NCBI RefSeq assembly: GCF_963921235.1
Contig: NC_086097.1
Coordinates: 174,718,001-174,782,000, forward strand
Direction: 5' to 3'
DNA from: Mobula hypostoma
Taxonomy: Eukaryota
DNA: 64,000 bases
A program made the translations under genes and the position numbers. Shown here piece after piece: positions 36,926-51,060 of this stretch; within the stretch, counting starts at the first letter, position 1, and every line of letters begins with the position of its first letter. Below the pieces are notes generated by a model. The model was not told where the DNA came from and searched no databases. It worked only from the letters and a program-made list of their open reading frames with translations.

Positions 36926-38790
36926 TTGAGACGGTAGCGTGGTGGTGAAGTTACTGGACCAGCAGCCAGAGTTCTGGACCATTGGCTCGGAGGCATGAGT
37001 TCAAATCCTACCATGATAGCTGGGGAATTTAAATTCTGGTAATTAAATAAGTCTGGAATAGAAAAACATAGAAAACCTACAGCACAATACAGGCCCTTTG
37101 GCCTACAATGCTGTGCCGAACATGTACTTACCTCAGAAATTACCCAGGGTTGCCCATAGCCCTCTATTTTTCTAAGCTCCATGTACCTATTCAGGAGTCT
37201 CTTAAAAGACCCTATCGTATCTGCCTCCACCACCGTTGCTGGCAGCCCATTCCACGCACTCATCACTCTCTGCGTAAAAAATTGCCCCTGACATCTCCTC
37301 TGTACCTGCTTCCAAGCACCTTAAAACTCTACCCTCTTGTGCTAGCCACTTCAGCCCTGGGGAAAAGCCTCTGACTCTCCACACGATCAATGCCTCTCAC
37401 ATCGTATACACCTCCATCAGGTCACCTCTCATACTCCATTGCTCCAAGGAGAAAAAGCCGAGTTCACTCAACCTATTCTCATAAGGCATGCTCCCCAATC
37501 CAGGCAACATTCTTGTAAATCTCCTCTGCACCCTTTCTATGGTTTCCACATCCTTCCTATAGTGAGGCAACCAGAACTGAGCACAGTACTCCAAGTGGGG
37601 TCTGACCAGGGTCCTATATAGCTGTAACATTACCTCTCGGCTCTTAAAAACAATCCCATGGTTGATGAAGGCCAATGCACCATATGCCTTCTTAACCACA
37701 GAGTCAACCTGCACAGCAGCTTTGAGTGTCCTCTGGACTTGGACCCCAAGATCTCTTTGATCCTCCATACTGCCAAGCGTCTTACCATTAATACTATATT
37801 GTCATCATATTTGACCTACCAAAACGACCCACCTCGCACTTATCTGGGTTGAACTTCATCTGCTACTTCTCAGCCCAGTTTTGCATCCTATAGATGTCCC
37901 GCTGTAACCTCTGACAGCCCTCCACACTATCCACAACACCACTAACCTTTGTGTCATCAGCAAATTTACTAACCCATCCCTCCACTTCCTCATCAAGGTC
38001 ATTTATAAAAATCACGAAGAGAAGGGGTCCCAGAACAGATCCCTGAGGCTCACCACTGGTCACCGACCTCCATGCAGAATATGACCTGTCTACAACCACT
38101 CTTTGCCTTCTGTAAGCAAGCCAAATCTGGATCCACAAAGCAAGGTCCCCTTGGATCCCATGCCTCCTTACTTTCTCAATAGGCCTTGCATGGAGTACCT
38201 TATCAAATGCCTTGCTGAAATCCATATACACTACATCTACTGCTCTACCTTCATAAATATGTTTAGTCACATCCTCAAAAAATTCAATCAGACTCATAAG
38301 GCACGACTTGCCTTTGACAAAGCCATGCTGACTATTCCTAATCATATTAAGTCTCTCCAAATGTTCATAATTCCTGCCTCTCAGGATCTTTTCCATCAAC
38401 TTACCAACCACAGAAGTCTCACTGGTCTATAATTTCCTAGGCTATCTCTACTCCTTTTCTTGAATAATAATGATAAGGAAAATTTTGAAATGGTAACCAT
38501 GTAACTTCTAGACTAGTGACGAAACTACTATTATTCAGGGAAAGTAACCTGCTGTCTTTATTACTCTGGATGACATGTGAATCCACCAATGTTAATTACA
38601 GTCATTAAGTTATAAAGCACAGAAACATGTCCTTTGACACACTGGCTGCCAAATACCGATCTATACTAATCCCATTCACCAGCACCGGGTCAGTAGGCTT
38701 GATGATTCAAGTGCTTGTCTATGGTTGACTCTTTACTGTCTCCTTAGGGGCTGCTAGGGATGGATAGTAAATCCTAGTGTTTGCACTACA
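36926..38790 (+). mobile_element. Ancient tRNA-derived SINE split by CR1 (head 36926-37060, body about 38480-38790)
   Basis: Head reads ggtagcgtggtggtgaagttactggac..gagttcaaatcctacc..ggaatttaaattc. The body resumes aatggtaaccatg..cagggaaagtaacctgctgtc..tggttgactctt..ctagggatgg. Confidence 0.6.
37060..38467 (-). mobile_element. CR1 LINE, 5'-truncated (same family as 14575-16040)
   Basis: ORFs 37863-38411 (QHGFVKGKSC, DFSKAFDKV, QGSVLGP, KFADD) and 37397-37768. The tail is near-identical to the 14575 copy. Confidence 0.93.
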
Positions 38791-39664
38791 TCTAAAGTTC
38801 AAATAAGTTTATTATCAAAGTACATACATGTCACCATATACAACCCTGAGATTCATTTTCTTGCAGGCATTCACATTAAGTACAAAGAAGCACAATATAA
38901 TCGATGAAAGACCACACACAAGATGAATAAACAATCAATGTGCAAGATACAACAAACTATGCAAATACAAGAAGATGATAATGACCTTCAGTTCATTTTT
39001 GTTCCATCTACTTTCTAGTAAAGAATTGTGATAATTTATTCTCAAGTTCTGGTTTTTGTGAATGTTGTCTATGTGCTTGTGGTGCTGCTGTCAGTAAACT
39101 TTTCATTGCACCTGTACATGCATGTACTCATGCAGATGACAATGAACTCAACCTTGACTAATAACGGTTTAACCGAATTCTTTATCACCCACGTGCAATT
39201 CTCCTGTTCTTTTATCAATGTGCCTATCACATAAGTTTTAATTGGATTATTTTTAGTCATCTTCAACTGCTTACGATATTAATGGATTATCTTTATTTTT
39301 CCTTCTTGCTCCATTACTTCCACCATATGCACAGCCTGGTATGAGAACTCTTGGGAATTTCAGCAACCCAAATGGCAGATACTAATTTGTCCATGTTTAA
39401 CTGCTATTTGATATACACACAAAGGCTCTGTTGCTACTGTTGCCTTCCAAACAGCGGGTTTTCTTTTAAATTATTCCATCCAAAATACAGCAAGTCTCAG
39501 CTGGATCAAGCTCAGATAACCCATTTTCTTTTTAACCTGTCCAGGAGAACTCAAAGTACAGGAGCAGAATTAGGCCATTTGGCCCAATGAATATGTTCTA
39601 CCATTCAATTGTGGCTGATTTAAAAAAAAAAATTCTCTTGCCATAATCCCACAGAAAACACTGC

Positions 39665-40000
39665 ATAGAAACAGGCCCTTCAGCTGAATGACTCTGTCAA
39701 CTGCCATATTCACGGATGCTGCATTTGTCCCATCTTTACTCTTCCCACGTCCCCATCAACTTCCCCAGAACCCAAATTCTATAATTTACCCACACACTAG
39801 GGACAACTTACAGTGGCCAATTAACCTGACAACCTGCATGCCTTTGGACTGAGAGAGGAAACAGGACCACTCATGGGGAAACCACATAGTCACAGGGAAA
39901 AACATGCAAACTCCACATAGACAGCACCAGATTCAGGATTGAACCTGGGCCTCTGGCACTGTGTGACAGTGGTTTCAACAGCTTATCGTAGCACTGTGTC
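39665..40000 (-). mobile_element. V-SINE/HE1-like SINE
   Basis: Same body as the 265-992 copy (cacagggaaaaacatgcaaactccaca..ggattgaacctggg). Confidence 0.7.
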
Positions 40001-40214
40001 AGTATTGGCAGAGAAGGTGAGAGAGGAACCATCCACAGCATAAACCTTTCCCACACTAACACATTGTCAGTGTTGGATATTGGGCTGTGTATACAGGTAT
40101 TATAATGGACTGAGAGGATTGGAAAAGTAAAATCCTACAGGGTACTTCCATCTCAGTGTATGTAATGGGAGATGGTCACTGTTTTATAATGGGTATACAG
40201 ACACAGGAGTCACA

Positions 40215-40435
40215 CAAGACTAGATGCTGGAATGTAGAGTAATAATTAGTCTGCTGGAGGAACTCAATGGATGAAGTCGCATCCCTATAGGAAAATGGGC
40301 AGGTGAGATTTCCGATCAAGACCTTTTAACTGCACCTTATAAGGATTTTGACCTAAAGTATCAACTGCCCATTTCCCTGCACAGATGGTGCTTGGGCTAT
40401 TGAGTTCCTCCAGCACTTTGTTTTTGTTGCAGACA
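40215..40435. mobile_element. Palindromic Penelope-derived short repeat
   Basis: ctgctggaggaactcaat is inverted against attgagttcctccagcac. Confidence 0.6.
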
Positions 40436-40884
40436 GCCCATAGGGCCCTGGATTCTGGAGGAACAACAAATGCAAGTGGTGAAGCCACTATATTTGTGAT
40501 CATCAAGAGGCCAGAATTAGAGCAGCTTGGATAGGTCAGCGGTGAAACTAATGGAGAGAAATCGAGCAATAGAAAGAAGAAACCTTTTACTCTCAGTAGT
40601 ATATGACATCCTCTCTCCATCCTGCTTCCATCTGAGAGAATATATAAAAGCCAGAAAGCACATTACTACAATGCTCCAGTACAGTTTCTGTCCCACAAAT
40701 TCAGACTCTCGATTGGACCTGTTGTACAATAAGATGGACTCTTGACCTCACAATCCGCTTTGTTTTCATCTCGTACTTTATCGCTTATCTGCACTACACT
40801 TTCTCTGTAGCTTTTACATTTTATTCTGCGTTGCTATTGTTTTACCTTGTTCTACTTCAATGCACTGTGTAATGAATTAGGCCA

Positions 40885-41665
40885 CAAGACCATAAGACAT
40901 AGGAGCAGAATTAGGCCATCTGGCCCATCGAGTCTGCTCTGCCATTCAATCATAGCCAATCTTTTTTTTCTATCTTCCTCAACCCCAGTTCCCGGCCTTC
41001 CCCCCGTAACCTTTGATGCCATATCCAATCAAGAACCTATCAATCTCTGCCTTAAATATGCCCAGTGACCTGGCCTCCACAGCTGCATGTGCAACAAATT
41101 CCACAAATATACCACACTTTGGCTAAAGAAATTTCTCCGCATCTCTGCTTTGAAAGGGCCCCCTCTATCCTGAGGCTGTGTCCTCTTGTCCTAGACTCTC
41201 CCAGCATGGGAAACATCATCCAGGTGACTTATCTACCTTTAGGTCTTTCTGCTTTTTGAGCACCTTCTCTCTTGTAACAGTAACCGCACCCACTTTTCTT
41301 CCTTCACAAACTACAACATCAGGCATACTGCTAGTGTCTTCCACAGAGAAGAACGACGCAAAATGCTCAATTAGTTCATCAGCCATCACCTTGTTCCCCG
41401 TTATTATTTCTCCTGCCTCATTTTCTAGCGGTCCTATATCCACTCTCATTTCTCTTTTATTTTTAATATACTTGGAAAGACTTTTACTACCCACTTTGAT
41501 ATTATTTATTAGCTTGCTTTCATATTTCATCTTTTCCCTTCAAATGATTTTTTTAGTTGCTCTCTGTAGGTTTTTTTAAAAACTTCCCAAACCTCTATCT
41601 TCCCACTAATTTTTGTTTTGTTGCATGCCCTCTCTTTTGTTTTTACAATAGCTTTGACTTCCCTT
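40885..41665 (-). mobile_element. CR1 with a large internal deletion (3' tail joined near 41220 to the pre-RT region)
   Basis: Tail at 40885-41220 followed directly by ORF 41216-41530 (RVDIGPLENEAGE..LKVDKSPG). The RT core is absent. Confidence 0.8.
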
Positions 41666-43465
41666 GATCTGAAACAAGTATGTATTTTGGCTCATGGGAC
41701 AATAATAAAGCAAAATGAATACCAATACAATGAGCTGTCTCACGCTCCTACATCCTGTCACTCAACATTTCTGAGATACCCTGTGCAAACTTATCTTTTT
41801 CCAAAGCTGGGCAGTATACCAGAAAGACAATTGACTTCAGCTGCCCTTTAAAGAAGTCAAATAGTTTCACGAGATTGGACTTCAATTTCCTGGAAGCTAT
41901 GCAGAGAATCCACAATAAGCAGCCCTTCCTCAAAGCTAGCATAAATCAGATCCCAAATAATGCTTTCCAAAGAATTCCCTATAGTACCATAAACCTCACT
42001 AGTCTGTAGCTCCCATGGTCCAATACATTCTCCTTCATTAATATGGAAAATAATATCGTAGCTCTTCTAACTCTTTGGAAGCAGCCCAGAGGTCAATGAA
42101 TTATTGAATCTGTGCATGCTATTTCACGATAACATCCTATCTCTCTTTCAGCATATTATGGTAAACAGCAACGTATTTCAGTGTGGTAATTCTCCCAATT
42201 CTTGCTGATAGCTACAACTATTCCCAGCCAAGGTTCTTCAGTCACACATCATTTCAGTACATGGCACCATCTCCTTCAGAAGTGAAGGCAAACCCAAATG
42301 TAAGTGAGTCCCGGGTTCACACAGGATCAAAACGTACCTCTTGCTGATTTAGATTCAATGCACATCTGCTTGTTGGGTTCTGCTTCCAAACTTTGGTTCA
42401 ATTGAAGTTGTGACAATTAAACTTAGAGTGTAGTTGTTTCTGTACAGTAATTTATGTTGGGTAGAGTGACTAGCAAAGCAGCTACCTCCAGTGTCCCAGT
42501 TTTGATCCTGACTACCAGCGCCCTCTGCAGAGATTTTGGATGTGACCAGATGCAGTTTCCTCTCATGGCCTAAAATATGGGCAGTTGCTGGGTTAATTGG
42601 CCACTGTGAAATACCCCAGGTGCATAGGGTAGAATTTAGGTGAAACTGATGGGAATGTATGAGGGTAGGGTAGGATTAATGCTAAAATGGGTGTTAGGTG
42701 ATTTATACAGACTCGGTGAGACAAATGGCCTGTTCCTGTGCTATATCTGTGACAATAAGTACAAGGTAACAAGAGTGATTTTCGATTCTTATGGCATAAA
42801 CCAAGTCCACTCTGCCCATTGTTTCTGTGCTAGCTCCTGGAAACTCTGTTTAGTTTGCTGTTGGAACCCTTTCCTGGTGAATCTGCTTCCAGCTCCCAGC
42901 AGATTCGTGATCATAGCTCCCTGAGTAAATAGAATTCTCGTCCCTTGTTTTTCATTTGTCAATTACCTTAAGTGTGTATCCCCAGTCACTGACTCCGCTG
43001 CAGGAAAACAGGTTCTTCTTATCTGGTTTTCCAAAGCCCTTCACCTTATCTCCCTACCTAAGCTCTACTGTTACGTGTGTTTTATGATTGCTTCCTGAAT
43101 TCTAACGATGCATAGCATTGCCCATTGCCTCTCGAGGGTTTCTAACATCTTTCCCTTTATCTTAAATGGCTTCAGTTAATTTTTATTTATATCCTTTCCC
43201 CATCTATGCATAATGGAATCTTAGATTAATTTATTACTAAAGCAATGATTTGCCTCATTGACTGGAATTTGATGATACAAATGATAGTCTTTCGAACTGG
43301 GAGGCTCATTATCAGATGTTTTAATGGATAGATTGTTCAGATCTCCATGGTAACTGCAGCACATTGCAGCTGTAAATGATTTACTCATATGACCAACTTT
43401 CATAATCAAAATCCTTTGGACACCTTTGTGCTCTCTAATATCCTGCTCATTAACAGTGAGAAATA

Positions 43466-44378
43466 AGATAGATAGGTAGATAGATAATTTATTGATCCCA
43501 AAGGAAATTACAGTGTCACAGTAGCATTACATATGCCCAGAAATACAAATAGTAGAAGAGAAGTAAGAAAGAAAAAAAAAATTAGTTACCTCAAACAGTC
43601 TAACCGAAGAGGGTCATCACTTCCCCGGCTACAGGTTGACTCATTATAGAATCTAATGGCTGAGGGTAAGAACGACCTCATATAGCACTCTTTGGATCAG
43701 CACAGTTGTCTTAGTCTATTTCTGAAAGTGCTCTTCTGTTCAGTCAAGGTGGCATGCAAAGGTTGAGAAACATTGTGCAAAACTGCCAGGATTTTCCGGA
43801 GGGTTCTTTGTTCTACCACAGCCTCTAGTGTGTCCCATTTGACTCCAATAACAGAGCCAGCCTTTCTAATCAGTTTATTGAGCCTGTTGGCATCATCCAT
43901 GTTGGTGTCATTGCCCCAGCACACCACCACATAGAAGATTATATTGGCAACAACAGACTGATAGAACATGTGAAGGAGAGGCCTACATACTCCAAAGAAC
44001 CTCAGTCTCCTCAGGAAGCAGATGTGACTCCAGCCCTTCTTGTACACAGCCTCTCTGTTGGTGCTCCACTCAAGTCTGTCATCCAGGTGCACCCCCAGGT
44101 ACACTTGTAGGTCCTCACCATTAATAGTAACAGGGAGCAATGCAGGCTTAGTCTTCCTAAAGTCCATCACCATCTTCTTTGTCTTACTGATGTTGAGCTG
44201 CAGATGATGCAGCTTGCACCATTTGACAAAGTTCTCCACCAGGGCCCTGTATTCATCCTCCCATCCTCCCTTTATATACCCAACTGTTGCTGAGTCAATA
44301 GAGAATTTCTGCAGATGACATGACTCAGTGTTGTATCTAAGCTCCGAGTTATACAGCATAAATAGGATGGGAGTCAAT
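43466..44378 (-). mobile_element. Rex1/Babar LINE, 5'-truncated
   Basis: 226-aa ORF 43697-44377 (CHLQKFSIDS..LQLNISKTKKMVMDFRK..FLRRLRFF) and a (CTAT)n tail. Confidence 0.88.
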
Positions 44379-47300
44379 CTGTGGCAGCATAAACCAAACG
44401 ATGCTGAGCAGAGAGACTGTCAGAATACCCTAGGGAGATAGAATCTCTTTCCCCAAAAGCAAGAGAGGAAAGAGTTTTAAAGGGGATATGAAAAGTAAGG
44501 TTTTTTTTATATACAGAGGGCTTTTGAAGTCTAGAGGATGTTGGCAGAGGAGATGCCAAATCAGATGCCATCACTACAGTTCAGGAACTTTCACACAGAT
44601 TCTTGAATAGGCAAGGCATTGAATATGGACCTAATGCAGGGCAAATGGGCAAAAAGGTCAGCATTGATGTGGCCTGTTGCTGTGCTGTATGACTCTACGA
44701 CTCTCTATTGTTCGGTCTCTTGAGCCTGTCAATTTCCTTAGTGGCTGAAAATTCAGCATTCCCTTTGATGAGTACATAGATTGGAGGGATTTAGTGGGAT
44801 GTGGGCCGATCACAGGCAAATGGTTCCAATACAATTGTCAGCAGGAACAAGTTGGGTCGAAGTACATGTTTCCATTTAATATTAGTCTATGATGCTGATC
44901 TGAATTCATAACAAAAGATCTCCAGTTCAAATCCCCAGGGACTGTGTAGCTTTCAAAGTACAGATGTACTTGGATTGTAGATATGGATCTTTGCCAGCCT
45001 GTAACATTGACATTTATGTGTATGTATTGTAATTTTAAAATATTATTTGTATGTAATCACTGAGTTTTTGTGTAAAGACATTGGCATCTTTTCTGGTATG
45101 TACAATACATAATCCAACAGCACATAAAAACTGAGTTCATGAACTATTCGGGGAATCTCAAATGTCTAAGCAATTGGGCTTTGGGTGTATTCAGACAGTT
45201 GATATTGAGATTGGATAATTACAACGTTCAAAAGATATCTAGTCAGGCATGTGGACGGAAAAGGTTTAGAGGGATAAAGCTGGCAAATTGCTTTATTATT
45301 GTTACATTTACCAAGGCACAGTGAAAAACCGTGTTGCGTACAGATCACACACATCACGACAACACTGCAATGAGGCGGTGCTGAAAGAGGACAGCTCTGG
45401 TGGAAGTCAGGTCAGAGGTAGCATAGTCTAGGGGTTTGAGTGGGTTGAAGACCGGCTAGGGAAGTGCTGGAAAGGGAGAGTGTGGAAGAGCTAAAGATTT
45501 GCTTTATTTGTTTCAAGTACATCAAAACATACAGTGAAAAGTGTCTACTGCGTCAATGACCAACAGAGCATGAGGATGTGCTGGGGGCAACCATCATTCC
45601 GGCGTCTAGCACCATCATTGCATGCCCACAGCTTGCTAATCCGTACATCTTTGAAATGTGTGAGAAACATAGCGCCTACAGAACACACATGCAGTCCCCG
45701 GGAAAACATACAAACTTTTTACAGAGAGCTGTGTGAAATGAATCCAAATTGCTGGTGCTGCTAAGCACTACACCAACAGTTCTGCTACCATGCTGCAAGA
45801 TGGATGCAGTAGGCCACTGTGACAATGAGGTTTTGTGGTGAAGTGACAGGATCCATTCTAATCAAATCTTCATCAAACAAAACATGCAATAAAGAGATTC
45901 AAAACAAACAAATGGCTTCAGCTGTCCTGCACTGCAACGTGATCTCATCTTATCCTTCCAGCTGGAACCGTGCTTTTGATCCCTTGCTCATTTGGCTCTA
46001 TGGTTAGTTATGGCAAGTCTGAGGCTAGCCAACTGGACGATACAAGTGTAAACCCTCTGGACCACATGCTCCAAATCCGGTGCTACTCTCAAACCCTGCA
46101 ATCATGGAAAAATGTGGTGTTGCTCCAGTTCTAGCCTCTTCTGCATTTGCATTTTCTATCACTTCAGCCAGCAATGATACCAACCTGGTCGATGACCAAG
46201 AGGTAGGTACAAGGATTTGGATTTTAGCCCATAGATGGCAGTGGTGATATGGTGTTACCTTGGGGTATTTTTAATACTGATATAGTAACATACAAGGATT
46301 TCTTATCTTTTTCATGGGGCACAGTTGGTGGCAAGCCCAACACTTACGGCCTGTCCCTTTCCCTGAAGGCTTGCTGAGCCATTCTAGAGAACAAATGAAA
46401 ATATGAGCAGAGTAACCCCTCAATCCTGCCCCGCCATTCCATACAATAGTGGCTGATACTGGTTTCAACTCTTCTTATGCGCCAATTCCCTGTAACCCTC
46501 TGTTCCTCAATATTAACTGCTTTTGATATTCCAGCTTCCACAACCCTTTGAAATATACAATTCTAGATATTCATCACACTCTGTGAAAAGTATCCATCTG
46601 CATTTTAAGTGACTGAACCCTTGTCTTGTAACTATGTCCTCTATGAAACTCTTACTCTCGTGAAAACATCTCAATGTTTACCTGTTGCACACCTCAGAAT
46701 CTTATATGTCTCAATGAGGCAATTCCTCATTATTCTAAATTTCAATGAACATAAAGCCAAAATGCTTATGATCTCAAAGGGAACTAACTCACAAGACAAT
46801 GGCACTGGAGCCAGATACATCATGGGCACATCCCTCCTCACTACCAATGGTATCTACATGAGGCACTGGCTCAACGAATTAACATCTATCACCAAAGGTT
46901 CTCGGGCAGGAGGGACAAAAGCCAGAAGTCCCACAACTCCAGGTTCAAGAAAGCTATTTCCCTTCAATCATTTAGTTCTTGAACCCACCTGCACAATCCT
47001 AATCACTACCGCAGTATAGCAACACTATGGCCATTTTGCACTAAACTGGACTTCCTATTTTTGTTCCAATTGTGTTCTTTCTTGTAGAATTTTTGTATAA
47101 TTTAATTCTAATTTATGTTTTTCTTGTGAATGTTATGTATCTGATGCTACATGCCTGTGCATACATATATTCGCACTTATGGCAATACGCTCAATTTTCA
47201 ACTCTGACATACAAGCCAGACTTCCTGCAAAGCAGGACATTAATTAGCCTTTAGTTCTTTCCAGACCTCTAGCCCAGGCCTTTAAATTAGCAGTACGTAT

Positions 47301-48850
47301 TCTGCAGTAACAACTCCCGACTGAGTAAGCAGAAGGATTAAACCTATTGATTGATAACCTAGACACCAGTTAGGAACCAGACAGCAGAACAAGGGAAAAA
47401 ATAGAAACCTCAAATATTTATCATTGAACTGTTAGGTATCAATGCACTGAATTTGTTATGAGACAATTTACCAAGCAAAGATCTACAGGGAGCATGTAAG
47501 GTTAGATCTACAAAAGACAAGACATATGGCTTCCCCTCCCACTACATAATGAGGACACTTCAGAAGTGGTTCATTGCCTGCAAATGTTCAGGGACATTTT
47601 AAAGGTCATAGTATTCAGACAAATCTGCCTTTTCTCTGTGAGGGGGACTACACAGCGGACGCATCTTTGATCTAAGATATCTATTGTGTTTATCAAAATG
47701 TTGTTATGACTGTATTTGTTTATTTTCATGCTCTCACTACTAACATTTTCAAAATTTAATGCAAATAGGAGAATTTCATGAGTTACAGAATTATGCGGAA
47801 ACAAGCCCAACTTATTCAGGCCAAGTGAGTTGCATATCTAAGCTAGCCCCGTTAGCCTGTGTTTGGCTCATATCCCTCTAAACCTTTCCCAACCAAGTCA
47901 GAATGCCCTTTAAGTGTTATTGGACTGGCCCCAACCACTTCCTTTTAAGTCCCAGAGAATAAAGTGGGTGAAGTGTTTGAAAGGTGAGCGCATCGCTGGC
48001 AGCTATTGTGGAAGGCTTCCTCCAAACAAAACTACTCCTACTTGCCTCCCCAATTGAAGAGTGGAGAGTATCCTAACTGACTGCATCACAGCCTGGTATG
48101 GAACTACCAATGCCCAGGTACAGAAAGATCTACAGAAAGCCCAGTTCATCAAGGCACCATTGAGCACATTTCTATGGAATGCTGCCACAAAATAGCAACA
48201 TCCACCATCAATAACCCCACCATCCAGGCCACGCTCTCTTCCCACTATTACTATTGGGCAGGAGGTACAGAAGCCTGAGGTCCCACGGCACCACGTTCAG
48301 GGGTATCTTGGTATATGTGACAATAATAAATCAAAACAGATCAGCGCCATCAAAAAAATCACTCCATCTAACTCCACTTTCCAGCACCACTCTATAATCC
48401 TTATAGGTCATAGTTCTGCAGCCACATATCCAAGTACAATTTAAACATGAGATGAGGGTTTCCGCCTCTCCCCTCCTTTCTGACAGTGAGCTTGAGACCC
48501 TACACCATCCGGGTGAAAATACTTTCCTCATCTCTTCTATAATTCTAGCAGTAATTTTAAATCTGTCCCCCCTGGGTTGTTGACCCTTGTGCTAAGGGAA
48601 ATCGCTCTTTCTTATTCACTATATAATTGAATATGCTATTCTTATACACTGTACTTAGTAAACCAACTCCCATTTCTGATATTTTTAGAACTTTTCAAAT
48701 AGAAATATTCAAAGAAAATGAATCGCTGATGCTTAGATATTTTCAGATCTTAAAAGACGCATTGAACAGGGCATGTGGGGATGGCCCACACCAGTTATAT
48801 GCTCTGCCATCCTATCCGAGTGTTTTAGCACAGGCAAGGCCCCAAATCCC

Positions 48851-49348
48851 ATCAGATGGGTCTATTGAGGAATATAGGGTAGCAAGAAAGGAGCTTAAGA
48901 AGGGGCTGAGGAGAGCAAGAAGGGGGCATGAGAAGGGCTTGGTGAGTAGGATAAAGGAAAACCCCAAGGCATTTTTTAATTACATGAAGAACAAAAGGAT
49001 GACAGGAGTGAAGGTAGGACCAATTAGAGATAAAGGTGAGAAGATGTGCCAGGAGGCTGTGGAAGTGAGCGAGGTCCTCAATAAATACTTCTCTTCGGTA
49101 TTCACCAATGAGAGGGAACTTGATGACAATGAGGACAATATGAGTGAGGTTGATGTTCTGGAGCATGTTGATATTAAAGGAAAGGAGGTGTTGGACTTGT
49201 TAAAATACATTAGGACAGATAAGTCCCCAGGGCCTGACAGAATATGCCCCAGGCTGCTCCATGAGGCAAGGGAAGAGATTGCTGAGTCCCTGGCTAGGAT
49301 CTTTATGTCCTCGTTGTCCACAGGAATGGTACTGGAGGACTGGAGGGA
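48851..49348 (+). mobile_element. Internal CR1 ORF2 fragment without a tail, inside an older CR1 tail
   Basis: About 165 open codons (RRARRGHEK..DKSPGPD..LEDWRE). The flanks rejoin as ggccccaaatccc|aacctttcctatccatgta. Confidence 0.8.
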
Positions 49349-49968
49349 ACCTTTCCTATCCATGTATAAGTCCACCCACCTCTACCACTTCCTTTGGCAG
49401 CTTACTCCATGTACACACTATCCTCTGTGTGAATAACTTTTCTCACAGTTCCTGTTCAGGTTTTTATTTGTTAACTAATAACCCTGCTGACTTTTATTTT
49501 GAAATTCAGTTGGACCACAAGAAGGCAGCCATTTTTATTATTAGTAGAGTTTTTCAGTCAGACTGAAGCATACGTACACAATCCTTCCTTATGTTTGTGC
49601 CATCAAAATCATTGATTGTAAGTGTTGTTTTAGTGCATTAAGCAGAACACTATCTGAGCAGCTTTTTGTGTTAGTATTATGTAAAAGTTTATTCCTGATG
49701 ATCAGCCTTGGTAATTTAAAGAAAAGCTTACATGATATTAATCTTGTGTACATAAAAGCTTTCTTTACACATGTTGTGTATAATTTTTGGACATTTTACA
49801 TGTAAGTCTAGCTTCATATATTCCTAATTTCTTATGAAATGTGTGTGACTTAATTGTCGTAAGTTTGAAGCATTAAGTACTTATGGTACTTTTCTGTTTC
49901 TTTACTCTTGTTCGTTTGTATATATGAGTGCTGCCCAAGAAAGCATGAGGAGCTTGGATGCTGTATTG

Positions 49969-50157
49969 GTAGATAGATAAATACTTTATTGATCCCAAAG
50001 GAAATTACAGTGTCACTGTAGTATTACATGTGCACAGATAAACAAATAATAGAAGAGAAGTAAAAAAAGAAAAAAAAGTTACATCAAACAGTCAAACAGG
50101 AGGGGGTCATCACTTCCCCGGCTATAAGTTGACTCATTATAGAGCCTAATGGCTGAG
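49969..50157 (-). mobile_element. Rex1/Babar 3' tail fragment (family of 43466-44378)
   Basis: Near-identical to 43470-43665 (tttattgatcccaaaggaaattacagtgtcac..gactcattatag). Confidence 0.85.
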
Positions 50158-51060
50158 CGCATCCTGACTCCTGTGTTTAATTGAGTGGAGTTCGACTTAC
50201 TGCTGAATTCTGTACTTCTGACCACGTGCGGACACACGACTACACTACCAGATCCAGTCCAAACCAAATCACCAAGTTTGCTGATGACAGAACAGTGGCT
50301 GGCCTTATTAACGATGATGACGAGGTGTACAGAGAGGAGATAGAGCAGCTGGTAGAATGGTGCGACCACAACCACTTGGACATGGACAAGACCAGAGAGA
50401 TGATTGTGATGCAGGCTGACCACTCCTCACTCCACATACACGGCTCCTGCATGGAGAGGATTGGCAGCACCAGGTATCTGGGAGTGCACATAGTGGATGA
50501 TCTCACCTGGCCCATCAACACCATCTCTTTGGTCAAGAAATCACAGCAGCATCTCCACTTCTCTAAGAGATTGAGGTGAACGAGGCTCCCTCATCCCCCC
50601 CATTCTAACCAATTTTTACAGGAGCACCATCGAGTGTGTCCTGACCAGCTGTATCACCATCTGGTACGGGAATTGCTTGGCATCTGACTGAAAGTCCCTG
50701 CAAAAAACTGCGAGGACTGCAGAGAGGATCATCGTGGTCTCTCTTGCACCCATCAGAGATACTTATCAGGGTGTCGAGGACGCAAGGCCTTAGCTTTGTC
50801 AATGATCCCTCTCATCCATCCAACAATCTCTTTGAACCCCCACCATCATGCAAAAGGCACCATAGCATTAGGACAAGAACTGTAAGGATGGGAAACAGCT
50901 TCTTTCCCCAGGCTGTAAGACTACTGAACTCCCTGCCACTACCCAGGTCTTATCACACATGAAGCACCAGTAGCATTATACTGCCTACTTTTTAAATTTG
51001 TGTTGTAAATGTACCTTATTATCTGTTACTTTACCAAAGGCAATATTAGGTTGTGTGTAA

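Noticed and set aside
48627..49436. 269-aa novel protein
   Set aside because: Chance read-through of flanking DNA into a CR1 ORF2 fragment.
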